Below, one piece after another: positions 27,999-64,000 of a DNA stretch of 64,000 nt. The notes under the pieces were generated by a model, which was given only the letters and a program-made list of their open reading frames with translations, was not told the origin of the DNA and searched no databases. A program made the position numbers and the translations under genes. The stretch's first letter is position 1. Each line of letters starts with the position of its first letter. Source of the stretch: Octopus vulgaris (lineage: Eukaryota); NCBI GenBank assembly GCA_951406725.2, contig OX597818.1, positions 92,628,001 to 92,692,000 of the forward strand. Reading direction: 5' to 3'.

Positions 27999-28527
27999 GA
28001 TCGAAAGAGCAGTGCATGCCATCAAAGTGACATTGGGGTAAAATATACGAAGCCCAGTATACCCATCATGACTACCCGTCTGATAAGGGTACATCAGGCA
28101 CATGCATCACAACCATATGTGCGCGATATGGTGATCCCATATGAAGATAAACAGCACATGACCTTGCAGGTAGGGCCCAGTTAGAATTTTCTTCTGGTCG
28201 AGTAACCCATCCCACTCAAAAGGTCCTTGAATAAGGGTTATTTAAGGATGTTAAATGAAACACCCATGTTTCCAGAGGTGAATTATTTAAACTCCAAATA
28301 ATCCCTCTCAACACATGGCTATGATGCTTCCCCACTACTTCTGCTCCTGATCAGAGATGCATATATCGTCAGCCACTAAGGGACATGCTCAACTGGTTAA
28401 GGTCAAACAACTGACAAGCAAATCTGTGGTATTGAGCAGAATATTTGCTGTAGCCCATCTTTTATACCAAGACAAAACAATGTACACGATAAGCAATGAA
28501 AGCCACTGCCTGGTACTGCATCAGGGC

Positions 28528-28529
<2 letters not shown>
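27999..28529. mobile_element. ~530-bp non-coding insertion splitting a (TTA)n tract
   Basis: Higher-GC unique block bounded on both sides by long (TTA)n (27914-27998 and 28530-28648); no ORF or TIR seen. Confidence 0.6.
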
Positions 28530-28620
<91 letters not shown>

Positions 28621-28930
28621 CATTATTATTATTGTTATTATTATTATTACCAAATGGAGAAATACTACAAGAATCTCTTTTCTTGGAACTAGAATAAGGC
28701 AAATCGTATTAAAAAACACTTATTCTTCATCACCCTCCCTTTCTCCTCTTGCATTTTTTTATTATTATTATTCACCTCCTACGCCTCATCACCATCATCA
28801 TCATCATTATTATCACCCTTCGCCTCTTATTTCTTTTTCTATCTTCTCTTTCCTTTTTTCTCGTTCTTGTTGTTGTTGTTCTTTCTCCTCTGTTTTTTTC
28901 TCTTAGTACCCACATTTCCCCCAATCAAAG

Positions 28931-63381
<34,451 letters not shown>

Positions 63382-63453
63382 GTAAGTCGTAGACTTTGGC
63401 ATTCATTATTATTTAGTAGTCTATTGCAGCACTGCAGTTGTTGTGGCTGCTGT

Positions 63454-63513
63454 CTTCTTCTTCTTCTTCTCCTTCTTCTTCTTCTTCTTCTTCTTCTTCT
63501 TCTTCTTCTTCTT

Positions 63514-63544
<31 letters not shown>

Positions 63545-63635
63545 TTCTTCTTCTTCTTCTTCTTCTTCTTCTTCTTCTTCTTCTTCTTCTTCTTCTTCTT
63601 CTTCTTCTTCTTCTTCTTCTTCTTCTTCTTCTTCC
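63454..63635. repeat. (CTT)n microsatellite
   Basis: Direct reading. Confidence 0.97.
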
Positions 63636-64000
63636 AATCAGGACTCACGCCATTAGCCACAAAGAATAATCTCAAATTCGAGCCTACTCTAAGCTACTGA
63701 GAATACGTGTGGCAACTTGAAGATCCACCCACCACACGCGATAGACTGGCGGTTGCACAGGCACGAAAGCTACGTTGTTATCCTCATTCCATAAACGGTG
63801 GCTTTTAACGGGTGGAAAGCTGAACCATCCTGGGATACAGATGATTTGCAATCTAGCCTAAGGTCTGAAAGTTTACCACACCATTGTGGGTTACACCATG
63901 GTTCCTCTGCTTTGTGGCAGAAGTAGGAAGAAAGAATGAGAGAAAGTTGTGATGAAAGAATTGGAAAGTTTCATTAATATTAGGACCATAAACTAAGAAG

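Overview
AT-rich, microsatellite-dense animal genomic DNA. The SINE and repeat content suggests an octopus or another coleoid cephalopod (inference). Two tandem, + strand, intron-rich genes of the inter-alpha-trypsin inhibitor heavy chain (ITIH) family can be read directly. Paralogue A is present as a 3' part (about 2.2-12.5 kb) whose linker appears to be built from 4-24 nt micro-exons, three of them made by tandem genomic duplication. Paralogue B (28931 to beyond 63381) has a signal peptide, VIT domain, vWA domain with intact MIDAS, a linker of symmetric phase-1 exons and the start of the C-terminal domain. Both lack the DPH(F) cleavage motif at the expected position. Introns and intergenic DNA hold tRNA-derived SINEs, CR1-like, Dong/R4-like and CRE-like LINE relics, Tc1/mariner, Chapaev-like and hAT-like DNA elements, and Penelope-like remnants. 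At least five distinct hammerhead-ribozyme (HHR) sequence families fold by eye, including a back-to-back HHR palindrome, a non-coding ~563-bp HHR-bearing tandem/inverted element resembling a retrozyme, and U3-A8 and A3-U8 compensatory core variants. Most ORFs in the supplied track are microsatellite artefacts. All exon and RNA-fold calls are manual and need RNA evidence.
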